Of a stretch of 32,189 bases of DNA, positions 1 through 8,324 are shown piece after piece. The notes under the pieces were generated by a model. That model was not told where the DNA came from, searched no databases, and worked only from the letters and a program-made list of their open reading frames with translations. This DNA is from an uncultured Rhodocyclaceae bacterium (lineage in GTDB: Bacteria > Pseudomonadota > Gammaproteobacteria > Burkholderiales > Rhodocyclaceae): NCBI GenBank assembly GCA_965364825.1, contig CBDTZF010000001.1, positions 1 to 32,189 of the forward strand, given 5' to 3'. Both the position numbers and the translations under genes were made by a program. The number at the start of each line of letters is the position of its first letter. The stretch's first letter is position 1.

Positions 1-167
1 ATGGCTTCAAAACGCGCGAGACTGAATGACGACAGCAGCGTATTGGCTTGCGTCGTGACACGATTGTCTTCGATCATGCGCGTAAAACTGGGCGCCGTCG
101 CGCTAAGGATGATGGCCAGTATGGCGAGGGTGATCATCAATTCGATCAGGGTGAATCCACGTTGCAT
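1..167 (-). CDS. FimT/FimU/GspH-family type IV minor pilin, 5' part (runs off the window start)
   Basis: Not in the ORF track. The minus strand from ATG at 167 reads MQRG|FTLIELMITLAILAIILSATAPSFTRMIEDNRVTTQANTLLSSFSLARFEA. This has the prepilin G|FTLIE motif, a hydrophobic helix and an 'LAR.EA' segment typical of FimT/GspH. Confidence 0.9.
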   Translation of the reverse strand, partial: MQRGFTLIELMITLAILAIILSATAPSFTRMIEDNRVTTQANTLLSSFSLARFEA

Positions 168-289
168 GGCGTTGGTCCGATTGGCTTAGGCTGAATCTAA
201 CGGCATGTTTGCGCAAAGCGCGACCCTATGACGCCGGGCAGCCGGTTTCCGACGATGAACGGCGGATGGTACGCGCCGCGCAGAGTGGT

Positions 290-318
290 TTGCAGTTTTT
301 TCGGCTTGCCGCTAGAAT
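290..318 (+). promoter_or_regulatory. sigma70-type promoter of the tRNA gene
   Basis: TTGCAG (290-295), 17-bp spacer, TAGAAT (313-318), ending 11 bp before the tRNA. Confidence 0.7.
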
Positions 319-329
319 CTGCCGCCTTT

Positions 330-405
<76 letters not shown>

Positions 406-416
406 ATAAAATCAAA

Positions 417-456
417 CAGACAGGCCAATTCTCCGGAATTGGCCTGTCTGCGTTTC
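417..456 (+). terminator. Hairpin, probable intrinsic terminator after the tRNA
   Basis: Perfect 15-bp stem CAGACAGGCCAATTC-TCCG-GAATTGGCCTGTCTG followed by CGTTTC (weak U tract). Confidence 0.7.
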
Positions 457-728
457 TGGCGCCGGGGAACGACTGGGGAGCGAACATAAATCCGGATTGC
501 AATGCCATCGAGTGTTCTACTTTTTTGGCCGGGGGCTTTCGCGATAAGGTGTTGCCGTGTCGCGTGTCCCAGCGCGGCTCAACCGCCCGCCGCCTATCGG
601 CGGCAAGTAGCACATCGTCGCGCAATCGGGCGCGTAGCACTCTAACCGTTCGGGTGAGTCGTGTCAGAAAAAATCAATAAAAACAATATCATAGATTTAG
701 CGGCAGACGGCCGGCCGCCGCGTCTTGA

Positions 729-757
729 TTGACGCTAACGTAATGCAAAGCTAAGGT
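729..757 (+). promoter_or_regulatory. Promoter of the SDR gene with an overlapping LiuR-like operator
   Basis: TTGACG (729-734), 17 bp, TAAGGT (752-757). Bases 729-744, TTGACGCTAACGTAAT, match 14/16 of the palindrome TTKACGTWWACGTMAA, recalled as the LiuR (MerR family) motif. Confidence 0.55.
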
Positions 758-793
758 TCAGGCCATTCAAGGCGTGGCAGAGGAGGCAGGGCG

Positions 794-1561
794 ATGGACA
801 TCAGCAAAAGCGTATTTGTGATTACCGGCGGTGGATCGGGGTTGGGCGCGGCAACCGCGCGCATGGTGGTCGAGGCGGGTGGGCGTGTGGTGCTCGCGGA
901 TGTGAATGCTGAAGCCGGTGAGGCGTTGGCCGCTGAACTGGGCGATGCCGCACGTTTCGTGCGCACGGACGTGGCGGATGAGGCGAGCGCACGCGGCGCC
1001 TTCGATGCGGCGGTCAAGGCTTTCGACACGGTGCATGGGCTGGTGAATTGCGCTGGCGTGGCGCCCGCGGAGAAGGTGCTGGGCCGCAACGGGCCGCACG
1101 CGCTGGAAAGCTTTTCGCGGGTCGTCGGCATCAACCTGATCGGCAGCTTCAACATGATGCGGCTGGCTGCCGAAGTGATGAGCAAGAACGAACCGAACGC
1201 GGGCGGCGAGCGCGGCGTGATTGTCAGCACGGCGTCGGTGGCAGCCTACGACGGGCAAATCGGCCAGGCGGCGTACGCGGCATCCAAGGGCGGCGTGGTG
1301 GCGCTGACGCTGCCGGTGGCGCGTGAATTGTCGCGCCACGGCATTCGCGTGATGACAATTGCGCCGGGCATTATGGAAACGCCGATGCTGCTCGGCATGC
1401 CCGAAGAGGTGCAAGCGGCGCTGGGGCAGACGGTGCCGTTCCCGGCGCGCATGGGCAAGCCGGCCGAGTTTGCGGCGCTGGTGCAGCATATTGCGCAGAA
1501 CGGGTATTTGAACGGCGAGGTGATCCGGCTCGACGGCGCGATTCGCATGGCGCCGAAGTAA
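794..1561 (+). CDS. Short-chain dehydrogenase, HSD10/type II 3-hydroxyacyl-CoA (2-methyl-3-hydroxybutyryl-CoA) dehydrogenase
   Basis: TGGGSGLG Rossmann motif, [33 protein letters not shown] (YxxxK), C-terminal [24 protein letters not shown] upstream. Confidence 0.92.
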   Translation: MDISKSVFVITGGGSGLGAATARMVVEAGGRVVLADVNAEAGEALAAELGDAARFVRTDVADEASARGAFDAAVKAFDTVHGLVNCAGVAPAEKVLGRNGPHALESFSRVVGINLIGSFNMMRLAAEVMSKNEPNAGGERGVIVSTASVAAYDGQIGQAAYAASKGGVVALTLPVARELSRHGIRVMTIAPGIMETPMLLGMPEEVQAALGQTVPFPARMGKPAEFAALVQHIAQNGYLNGEVIRLDGAIRMAPK

Positions 1562-1777
1562 GCGGAATTTGCGGAACTGGGTGTAACTTGCCGCGCGATG
1601 AGAGGCAATGCCGGCGTAGATCGGCCGTTGCCTGCGCGGACACACATTTGAGCAGGCCCATCGCGTTCATGTGATCGCCCTGCAACGGTGCGGTGGTTAG
1701 GGCGGCTTGGGCAAGTGTGATACAAAACGCTGAGCGGCCAATGTGTATTGCGCCGGTTGCATGACGTTGAGGCTCTC

Positions 1778-4243
1778 TTGGCCGAGTTATCCATCGACAT
1801 CGGCGCGCAATGCGCCGACTGCTATCACTGTGGACTGCCCGTGCCGACTGGCGCGCAGTATCTGGTGCGTGTCGGCGGCCAGGCGCGACCGATGTGTTGC
1901 GCAGGATGCCAGGCAGTGGCACAGGCGATCGTCGATACCGGCCTGACGGACTACTACACGCATCGCGACGCGATGCCTGAATCGCCCAGGGAAGCGTTGC
2001 CGACGGCGCTCGAAGAACTCGGCCTGTTCGATCACCCGGATTTCCAGAAAAGTTTTGTGCGACCGCTCGATGAGCATGGACGCGAGGCGGCGCTCATTCT
2101 CGAAGGCATCACCTGTTCCGCCTGCGTGTGGCTCAACGAACAGCATGTCGCGCGCCTGCCAGGGGTGACGGCGATCGACGTCAACTATGCGACGCGGCGC
2201 GCGCGGGTGCGATGGGATGAGCGCCAAATCAAGCTGTCGGAGATCCTCGGCGCGATCCAGGCGATCGGCTATCGCGCCTATCCCTACGACGAAGCGCGCT
2301 CGGAACTGATCGCGAAAAAGGAGCGACGCGCCGCGTTGTGGCGTCTGTTCGTGGCCGGCTTCGGCATGATGCAGGTGATGATGTATGCGATTCCGGCGTA
2401 CATCGCGGGCGAGGGCGATCTATCCGCGGACATCGGACAATTGCTGCGCTGGTCGAGCTTCGTGCTCACCGTGCCAGTCATTTTCTATTCTGCGGCACCG
2501 TTCTTTCGCGGCGCCTGGCGTGATCTGCGCATGCGGCGGCTGGGGATGGATGTGCCGGTCGCGCTGGGGGTTGGCAGCGCGTTTTTGGCCAGTTGTTGGG
2601 CAACCATCACCGGCAGCGGCGAGGTGTATTTCGACTCGGTGGCGATGTTTGTTTTCTTCCTGCTGTGCGGACGCTATCTGGAAATGATCGCGCGGCAGCG
2701 GGCGGTTCGCGGCGTCGAATCGCTGGGCAAGGTGCTGCCGGCGTTCGCCGACAAGCTTTGCATTGATGGCGACGACGAGCGTGTGCCGGTGTCGACGCTG
2801 GTGCCCGGCGATCGCGTGCGCGTCAAACCGGGCGGGGCGATTCCGGCCGATGGCGTGGTACTCGAAGGCGTGAGCGCGGCAGATGAATCGCTGCTGACGG
2901 GCGAAAGCCGGCCGGTTCCGAAGGCTGCAGGGGCGCTGGTGACGGGGGGCAGCCTCAATGTGTCGAGTCCGCTGGTGATCGAAATTCAACAGGTCGGCGA
3001 CGCGACCCGTCTGGCGGCGATCAAGCGCTTGATGGAGCGCGCGGCGGCCGAGAAGCCGACCCTGGTGCGGCAGGCCGACCGAGTCGCCGGCTGGTTCATT
3101 GCGGCCTTGCTGGTGCTGGCGGTGGCGACCGGGGTCGCGTGGTATTTCATCGATCCGTCGCGCGCCCTTTGGGTATTCGTTTCCGTCCTTGTGGTGAGCT
3201 GTCCGTGCGCTTTGTCGCTGGCCACCCCGGTGGCTCTAACCGTTGCCTCTGATGTACTGGCACGCGGCGGCGTGCTGGTCACGCGCGGTCACGCCATCGA
3301 GACGCTGGCAAACGCCGACACTTTCATGTTCGACAAGACCGGCACGCTCACTGAGGGCGCGCTACGGCTGGTCGAGGTGGTGCCGGCTGATGGCGCCGAC
3401 GCGGAGGAAGCCACGACGATTGCGGCGGCGCTCGAGCAGGGCTCGGAGCACCCGATCGCAAGCGGTCTTCGGGCAGCGAGCGCAGACCGGGAGACACCGC
3501 GGAGCGTTGTGGCGCATACCGGGCAGGGTGTCGAGGGCGAGGTTCGCGGCGCGCGCTATCGCATCGGCCGCGCCGACTTCGTCCAGGGGCTCACGGGCGC
3601 GCCGCCACCCGCGGATTTTTGCGATGATCGTGGGATGTCCGACACCCTTGTGTTCCTTGGGGGCGAGACGGGTTGGCTCGCCATGTTTCGCCTCGCAGAC
3701 GTCACCCGTGCTGACGCCGGCGCGATGCTTGATGCATTGAAGGCGCGTCACGCCGAGGTCGGTATTCTGAGTGGCGATGCGCCTGGCACAGTGGCCGCGT
3801 TTGCGCGCAGCCTGAACGTGAGCGATGCGCACGGTGGGCTCTCGCCACAGGATAAACACGACATGATCGCCGCGCGGCAGCAGGCCGGGCGGGTGGTGGC
3901 GATGGTTGGCGACGGGGTCAACGATGCGCCGGTGCTGGCGCAGGCGCATGTTTCGATCGCCATGGGCGGAGGCACCGAACTGGCGCGCACCCAGGCCGAC
4001 GTCGTATTGCTTGGCGGCAAGCTGAGTGCGCTGGCCGCTGGCGTCGATACGGCGCGCAAGACGCTTCGCGTCATCCGGCAGAACCTGTTCTGGGCGCTGG
4101 GCTACAACCTGTGTGCGATTCCGCTGGCCATGGCGGGTTGGGTGACACCCTGGATGGCGGGGATCGGCATGTCGGCCAGTTCCTTGATGGTCGTTCTCAA
4201 CGCGCTGCGCTTGCAGCGTAAAACGGCGCCGGCGCGAGGCTGA
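1778..4243 (+). CDS. ccoI: cbb3 oxidase-associated Cu-translocating P1B-type ATPase CcoI/FixI
   Basis: N-terminal CYHCG...CCAGC, HMA motif GITCSAC, TGES, CPC, DKTGT, HP and GDGVNDAP; adjacent to ccoS. Start uncertain: TTG 1778 was chosen for its GAGG RBS, while the ORF track starts at 1748. Confidence 0.92.
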   Translation: MAELSIDIGAQCADCYHCGLPVPTGAQYLVRVGGQARPMCCAGCQAVAQAIVDTGLTDYYTHRDAMPESPREALPTALEELGLFDHPDFQKSFVRPLDEHGREAALILEGITCSACVWLNEQHVARLPGVTAIDVNYATRRARVRWDERQIKLSEILGAIQAIGYRAYPYDEARSELIAKKERRAALWRLFVAGFGMMQVMMYAIPAYIAGEGDLSADIGQLLRWSSFVLTVPVIFYSAAPFFRGAWRDLRMRRLGMDVPVALGVGSAFLASCWATITGSGEVYFDSVAMFVFFLLCGRYLEMIARQRAVRGVESLGKVLPAFADKLCIDGDDERVPVSTLVPGDRVRVKPGGAIPADGVVLEGVSAADESLLTGESRPVPKAAGALVTGGSLNVSSPLVIEIQQVGDATRLAAIKRLMERAAAEKPTLVRQADRVAGWFIAALLVLAVATGVAWYFIDPSRALWVFVSVLVVSCPCALSLATPVALTVASDVLARGGVLVTRGHAIETLANADTFMFDKTGTLTEGALRLVEVVPADGADAEEATTIAAALEQGSEHPIASGLRAASADRETPRSVVAHTGQGVEGEVRGARYRIGRADFVQGLTGAPPPADFCDDRGMSDTLVFLGGETGWLAMFRLADVTRADAGAMLDALKARHAEVGILSGDAPGTVAAFARSLNVSDAHGGLSPQDKHDMIAARQQAGRVVAMVGDGVNDAPVLAQAHVSIAMGGGTELARTQADVVLLGGKLSALAAGVDTARKTLRVIRQNLFWALGYNLCAIPLAMAGWVTPWMAGIGMSASSLMVVLNALRLQRKTAPARG

Positions 4244-4244
4244 C

Positions 4245-4436
4245 ATGGAAAGCCTTTACCTGCTCATCCCCTTGTCAGTGCTGCTGGTACTCGTCATTGG
4301 CGTGCTCTTCTGGTGGTCGCTGCGCAGCGGCCAGTTCGACGACCTCGAGGGGCCGGCGTTTCGGGTTATCCAGGACGACGACCGACCGCCGCCTGCGGAC
4401 GAGCAACCTGCTGACGAAGACGAGGAAAAGTCGTGA
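4245..4436 (+). CDS. ccoS: cbb3 oxidase maturation protein CcoS/FixS
   Basis: MESLYLLIPLS...FWWSLRSGQFDDLEGPA signature. Confidence 0.95.
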   Translation: MESLYLLIPLSVLLVLVIGVLFWWSLRSGQFDDLEGPAFRVIQDDDRPPPADEQPADEDEEKS

Positions 4437-4482
4437 CCCGTGCAGTCTGCGTGCAATGCAAAGCGTCGGCGCAGGATCGAGA

Positions 4483-4523
4483 TTGATTCATGTCAATGAG
4501 CTAGCGCAATGGAAGGGCATACT
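4483..4523 (+). promoter_or_regulatory. FNR-type class II promoter (P1)
   Basis: TTGAT-TCAT-GTCAA (4483-4496) and -10-like CATACT (4518-4523). The spacing fits a site centred near -41.5. Confidence 0.75.
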
Positions 4524-4529
4524 TCGATT

Positions 4530-4633
4530 GTGGTTAATCGAGAACGCCGCGCTGCCCAGCCGGCGGGCTCGAAGCAGAGAATCCATGTCTCTCTGTTGGG
4601 GTTGGGGGTGCGTGCAAACGCACCCTTTTTTTT
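4530..4633 (+). ncRNA. Candidate FNR-induced small RNA (about 100 nt)
   Basis: Lies between the FNR promoter and a strong intrinsic terminator and contains three consecutive stem-loops. The 5' end is inferred. Confidence 0.55.
4606..4633 (+). terminator. Intrinsic terminator
   Basis: GGGTGCGT-GCAA-ACGCACCC followed by 8 T. Confidence 0.88.
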
Positions 4634-4684
4634 GGCCCCAGCTCCTGCCCGGGTTTGTCGGGCATCTTGCCGTGCACTACAATT

Positions 4685-4725
4685 TTGACTAGCATCACCC
4701 GGTCGATCCCGTCATGAGCTATCCT
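4685..4725 (+). promoter_or_regulatory. FNR-type class II promoter of ccoNOQP (P2)
   Basis: TTGAC-TAGC-ATCAC (4685-4698) and -10-like TATCCT (4720-4725). The box-to--10 spacing is identical to P1. Confidence 0.65.
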
Positions 4726-4801
4726 GCGGCGGGGCCGTGGCGGTGTTGTGCGTCGGCGCGTCGGCGTTGATAAAAAACTAAAATTCCATGAGGTAACTCA
4801 C

Positions 4802-6226
4802 ATGCAATCGCAGACGACTTACAACTATAAAGTCGTGCGCCAATTCACCATCATGACGGTGATTTGGGGCGTCGTCGGCATGCTGGTTGGCGTCATCATT
4901 GCGGCGCAGCTCGTATGGCCTGAACTGAACGTGGGAGAGTGGTTTCACTTCGGTCGGCTGCGCCCGCTCCACACCAATGCCGTGATTTTTGCCTTTGGTG
5001 GCTGTGCGTTGATGGGGACTTCGTATTACGTCGTCCAGCGAACAAATCACGCCCGGCTTTTTGCGCCGCAGCTGGCGGCATTCAGTTTCTGGGGATGGCA
5101 ACTGGTCATCCTGCTGGCGATAATCACCTTGCCGCTGGGCTACACCAGCACCAAGGAATACGCCGAGCTGGAATGGCCAATTGACATTCTCATCACCGCG
5201 GTCTGGATCTCCTACGCTGTCGTCTTTTTCGGCACCATCGTCAAACGCAAGACCTCCCATATTTACGTCGCCAACTGGTTTTACGGCGGTTTCATCCTGA
5301 CCATTGCGCTGCTGCATATCGTCAATAGCGCGGCGATTCCCGTATCGCTGACCAAGTCGTATTCGGCCTACTACGGTGTTCAGGATGCAATGATCCAGTG
5401 GTGGTACGGGCACAACGCGGTGGGCTTCTTCCTGACCGCTGGCTTCCTCGGCATGATGTATTACTTCGTGCCCAAGCAGGCCGGGCGGCCGGTGTATTCC
5501 TACCGCTTGTCGGTGGTGCACTTCTGGGCGTTGATCTTTACCTACATGTGGGCTGGCCCGCACCATCTGCATTACACCGCGTTGCCGGACTGGACCCAGT
5601 CTGTCGGCATGGTGTTCTCGCTGATTCTGCTGGCACCATCGTGGGGCGGCATGATCAACGGGATCATGACCTTGTCGGGCGCCTGGCACAAACTGCGAAC
5701 CGACCCGATTCTCAAGTTCCTCATTACGTCGCTTTCGTTCTACGGCATGTCGACCTTTGAAGGTCCGATGATGGCGATCAAGACGGTCAATGCCTTGTCG
5801 CACTACACCGACTGGACCATCGGCCATGTTCACTCGGGCGCGCTCGGCTGGGTGGCGATGATCTCGATCGGATCGGTCTACTATTTGCTGCCGCGCATGT
5901 ACGGCAAGACAGAGATGTACTCGGTCAAGCTGATCACCGCGCACTTCTGGATCGCGACCATCGGCGTCGTGCTCTACATAGCATCGATGTGGATTGCCGG
6001 GGTGATGCAGGGCCTGATGTGGCGCGCCACCAATCCGGACGGAACGCTGACCTATTCGTTCGTCGAGTCGGTCAAGGCGAGTTATCCGTTCTGGTCAATT
6101 CGTTTGCTCGGCGGCGTCCTTTTCCTGAGCGGCATGTTGATCATGTTGTACAACATGGTGAAGACGATTGCCGGTGAGAAAGCCTACAGCGCGCCCGTTC
6201 TGGCACCGCAGACGGCCCACGCCTGA
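4802..6226 (+). CDS. ccoN: cbb3-type cytochrome c oxidase subunit I
   Basis: [35 protein letters not shown] and [16 protein letters not shown] 4802 follows GAGG. Confidence 0.98.
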   Translation: MQSQTTYNYKVVRQFTIMTVIWGVVGMLVGVIIAAQLVWPELNVGEWFHFGRLRPLHTNAVIFAFGGCALMGTSYYVVQRTNHARLFAPQLAAFSFWGWQLVILLAIITLPLGYTSTKEYAELEWPIDILITAVWISYAVVFFGTIVKRKTSHIYVANWFYGGFILTIALLHIVNSAAIPVSLTKSYSAYYGVQDAMIQWWYGHNAVGFFLTAGFLGMMYYFVPKQAGRPVYSYRLSVVHFWALIFTYMWAGPHHLHYTALPDWTQSVGMVFSLILLAPSWGGMINGIMTLSGAWHKLRTDPILKFLITSLSFYGMSTFEGPMMAIKTVNALSHYTDWTIGHVHSGALGWVAMISIGSVYYLLPRMYGKTEMYSVKLITAHFWIATIGVVLYIASMWIAGVMQGLMWRATNPDGTLTYSFVESVKASYPFWSIRLLGGVLFLSGMLIMLYNMVKTIAGEKAYSAPVLAPQTAHA

Positions 6227-6239
6227 TCAGGAGAGGGAC

Positions 6240-6860
6240 ATGGCAAAAAACAGACATGAATTCATCGAGAGCAACGTCGGCTGGTTGATTGTTTTCACCG
6301 TTCTGGTCGTCAGCATCGGCGGCCTGGTGGAAATCGTGCCGCTGTTCTTTCAGACTTCGACGACGACGCCGCTCAACGAAATCGTCAAGCCCTACGACCC
6401 GTTGAGACTGACCGGGCGCGACATCTACATTCGCGAAGGCTGCGTTCAATGTCACTCGCAGATGATCCGTCCCTTCCGCGCGGAGACGGAGCGCTATGGT
6501 CACTATTCGGTCGCCGGCGAGTCCGTCTATGACCATCCCTTTCTGTGGGGCTCCAAGCGCACCGGGCCAGACCTTGCACGTGTCGGTGGCCGGTACTCTG
6601 ACGAGTGGCATCGCGTGCATCTGAACAATCCGCGTGACGTGGTACCGGAGTCGAACATGCCGGCTTTTTACTGGCTCGATCGGCCGGTCGATGCGAGCGA
6701 TATCGAAGACAAGATGCGCGCGTTGAATAAAGTCGGTCTGCACAAATACTCGGATGAAGATATTGCGGGAGCCACGGCGGCGCTGGACGGAAAAACCGAA
6801 ATGCAAGCCGTGATCGCCTATCTTCAAGGCCTCGGCCTCGCGCTGCAGAATGTGAAGTGA
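6240..6860 (+). CDS. ccoO: cbb3-type oxidase subunit II (monoheme c)
   Basis: [20 protein letters not shown] and [17 protein letters not shown] 6240 follows GGAGAGGG. Confidence 0.97.
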   Translation: MAKNRHEFIESNVGWLIVFTVLVVSIGGLVEIVPLFFQTSTTTPLNEIVKPYDPLRLTGRDIYIREGCVQCHSQMIRPFRAETERYGHYSVAGESVYDHPFLWGSKRTGPDLARVGGRYSDEWHRVHLNNPRDVVPESNMPAFYWLDRPVDASDIEDKMRALNKVGLHKYSDEDIAGATAALDGKTEMQAVIAYLQGLGLALQNVK

Positions 6861-6886
6861 GCGTGAAATGAACGCTTGGGTGCGCT

Positions 6887-7081
6887 GTGGATATCAATGA
6901 CGTTCGTTCCATCCTGACGGTGCTTGCTTTCGTGTCCTTCGTGGCTATTTGCGTGTGGGCTTACAGCAAGTCGGCCAAAAAGGGATTTGACGAAGCGGCG
7001 CAACTGCCTTTTACCGATGACGAGTTGCCGGACCGGGACGACGCGGAACGGCAAGGAAAAGAAGGAAAAGAAAATGGCTGA
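6887..7081 (+). CDS. ccoQ: cbb3-type oxidase subunit CcoQ
   Basis: Single TM, then WAYS...FDEAAQLPF; lies between ccoO and ccoP; GTG start. Confidence 0.93.
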   Translation: MDINDVRSILTVLAFVSFVAICVWAYSKSAKKGFDEAAQLPFTDDELPDRDDAERQGKEGKENG

Positions 7082-7988
7082 CTTCGTTAGCGGCTTCTGG
7101 AACGGCTACGTGATGGTGCTGGTGGCACTCAGCATCCTGTTCTGTGTTTTCATCATTGCCTCCAATATGGGCAAGGGCTCGGAAAAGGGCGGCGTGGCGG
7201 AACTGCATGGTCACGTGTGGGACGAGACGCTGACCGAATACAACAACCCGCTGCCACGCTGGTGGATGTATCTCTACTGGATCACGGTGGTTTTCGCGGT
7301 TATCTATCTGGTGCTTTACCCGGGTTTTGGCGATGTCAAGGGACTCCTTGGTTGGTCGCAGACGGGGCAATACGATACCGAGATCGCCAAGGCCGACGAG
7401 CGCTACGGTCCGATCTTCAATAAATTTGCCGAAATGGATATCGCGGTCGCAGCCGCCGATCCGGACGCCCGAGCGACCGGCCAGCGCCTCTTCCTGACCT
7501 ACTGTTCGCAGTGCCATGGATCCGATGCGCGTGGGGGCAAAGGCTTCCCGAATCTGACCGACAAAGACTGGTTGTACGGTGGCGAGCCGGACACCATCAA
7601 GACAACCATTCTTGGCGGTCGTCAGGGCGTGATGCCACCCATGGGCGCGGCACTTGGCGGTGATGGAACCGAGGATGTTGCCAACTACGTTCGTTCGCTG
7701 TCGGGTCTTGCGCACGATTCGCTGCGCGCGCAGCGTGGCAAGAAATTGTTCGAGGTAAATTGTGCAGTCTGCCACGGCGCGGACGCGAAGGGGATGCACG
7801 CACTTGGTGCGCCGAATCTGACCGACGACGTCTGGCTGTACGGTTCCTCCAAGGCAACCATCATGGAAACGATCAACGGCGGCCGGAGCAACAAGATGCC
7901 CTCGTTTGAAGCCTTCCTTGGCAACGACAAGGTTCATCTGTTGGCCGCTTACGTGTACGGATTCTCGAACACGAGCGACACCAACTAA
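7074..7988 (+). CDS. ccoP: cbb3-type oxidase subunit III (diheme c)
   Basis: GHVWD...EYNNPLPRWW and two CxxCH motifs (CSQCH, CAVCH). ATG 7074 overlaps the end of ccoQ. Confidence 0.97.
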   Translation: MADFVSGFWNGYVMVLVALSILFCVFIIASNMGKGSEKGGVAELHGHVWDETLTEYNNPLPRWWMYLYWITVVFAVIYLVLYPGFGDVKGLLGWSQTGQYDTEIAKADERYGPIFNKFAEMDIAVAAADPDARATGQRLFLTYCSQCHGSDARGGKGFPNLTDKDWLYGGEPDTIKTTILGGRQGVMPPMGAALGGDGTEDVANYVRSLSGLAHDSLRAQRGKKLFEVNCAVCHGADAKGMHALGAPNLTDDVWLYGSSKATIMETINGGRSNKMPSFEAFLGNDKVHLLAAYVYGFSNTSDTN

Positions 7989-8008
7989 GTTTTTGATGTG
8001 CTGAAACG

Positions 8009-8037
8009 ATATCCCCGGGTCGCGCCCGGGGATATTT
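8009..8037 (+). terminator. Hairpin after ccoP (terminator or mRNA-stabilising stem)
   Basis: ATATCCCCGGG-TCGCG-CCCGGGGATAT, 11-bp stem with a short T run. Confidence 0.6.
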
Positions 8038-8093
8038 CGAAGCTGAATATCAGAATCTACGAATAAACCGATCATCCTGGAAACGACAGTTGG

Positions 8094-8223
8094 ACGTGCT
8101 CGAGTGTGCGGCTGGGGGGCGTCTGACAAGGCGCGAGGAAGACGCAGGAGCGGCCCCTGCTAGCTCAGTTGGCAAATGAGGCAACGCGGGCAGGCGGCCC
8201 CCCAGCCGTGCAATCGGGCGTGT
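8094..8223 (+). repeat. Long imperfect inverted repeat / structured intergenic element
   Basis: 8094-8125 pairs with 8191-8223 to give 31 pairs (6 G-U, 1 mismatch, 1 bulge) enclosing 65 nt. Confidence 0.75.
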
Positions 8224-8324
8224 AGTGTACTCAACCAATAGGTGAGTTTTGTCGAAAGACGAAAATTCAATGCAAACAATATCTTCATTAGGACGGCAAG
8301 CGGTCAACTGCCGTTTTTAGGATC

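Noticed and set aside
4585..4692. 35-aa Trp/Cys-containing ORF (MSLCWGWGC...) as a leader peptide
   Set aside because: Weak RBS buried in a stem, and it runs through the terminator and U8 tract. Its composition is explained by the RNA structure.
8153..8185. tRNA-like TAGCTCAGTTGG string
   Set aside because: No D-stem closure, anticodon arm, TTC loop or CCA. It lies inside the larger stem element.
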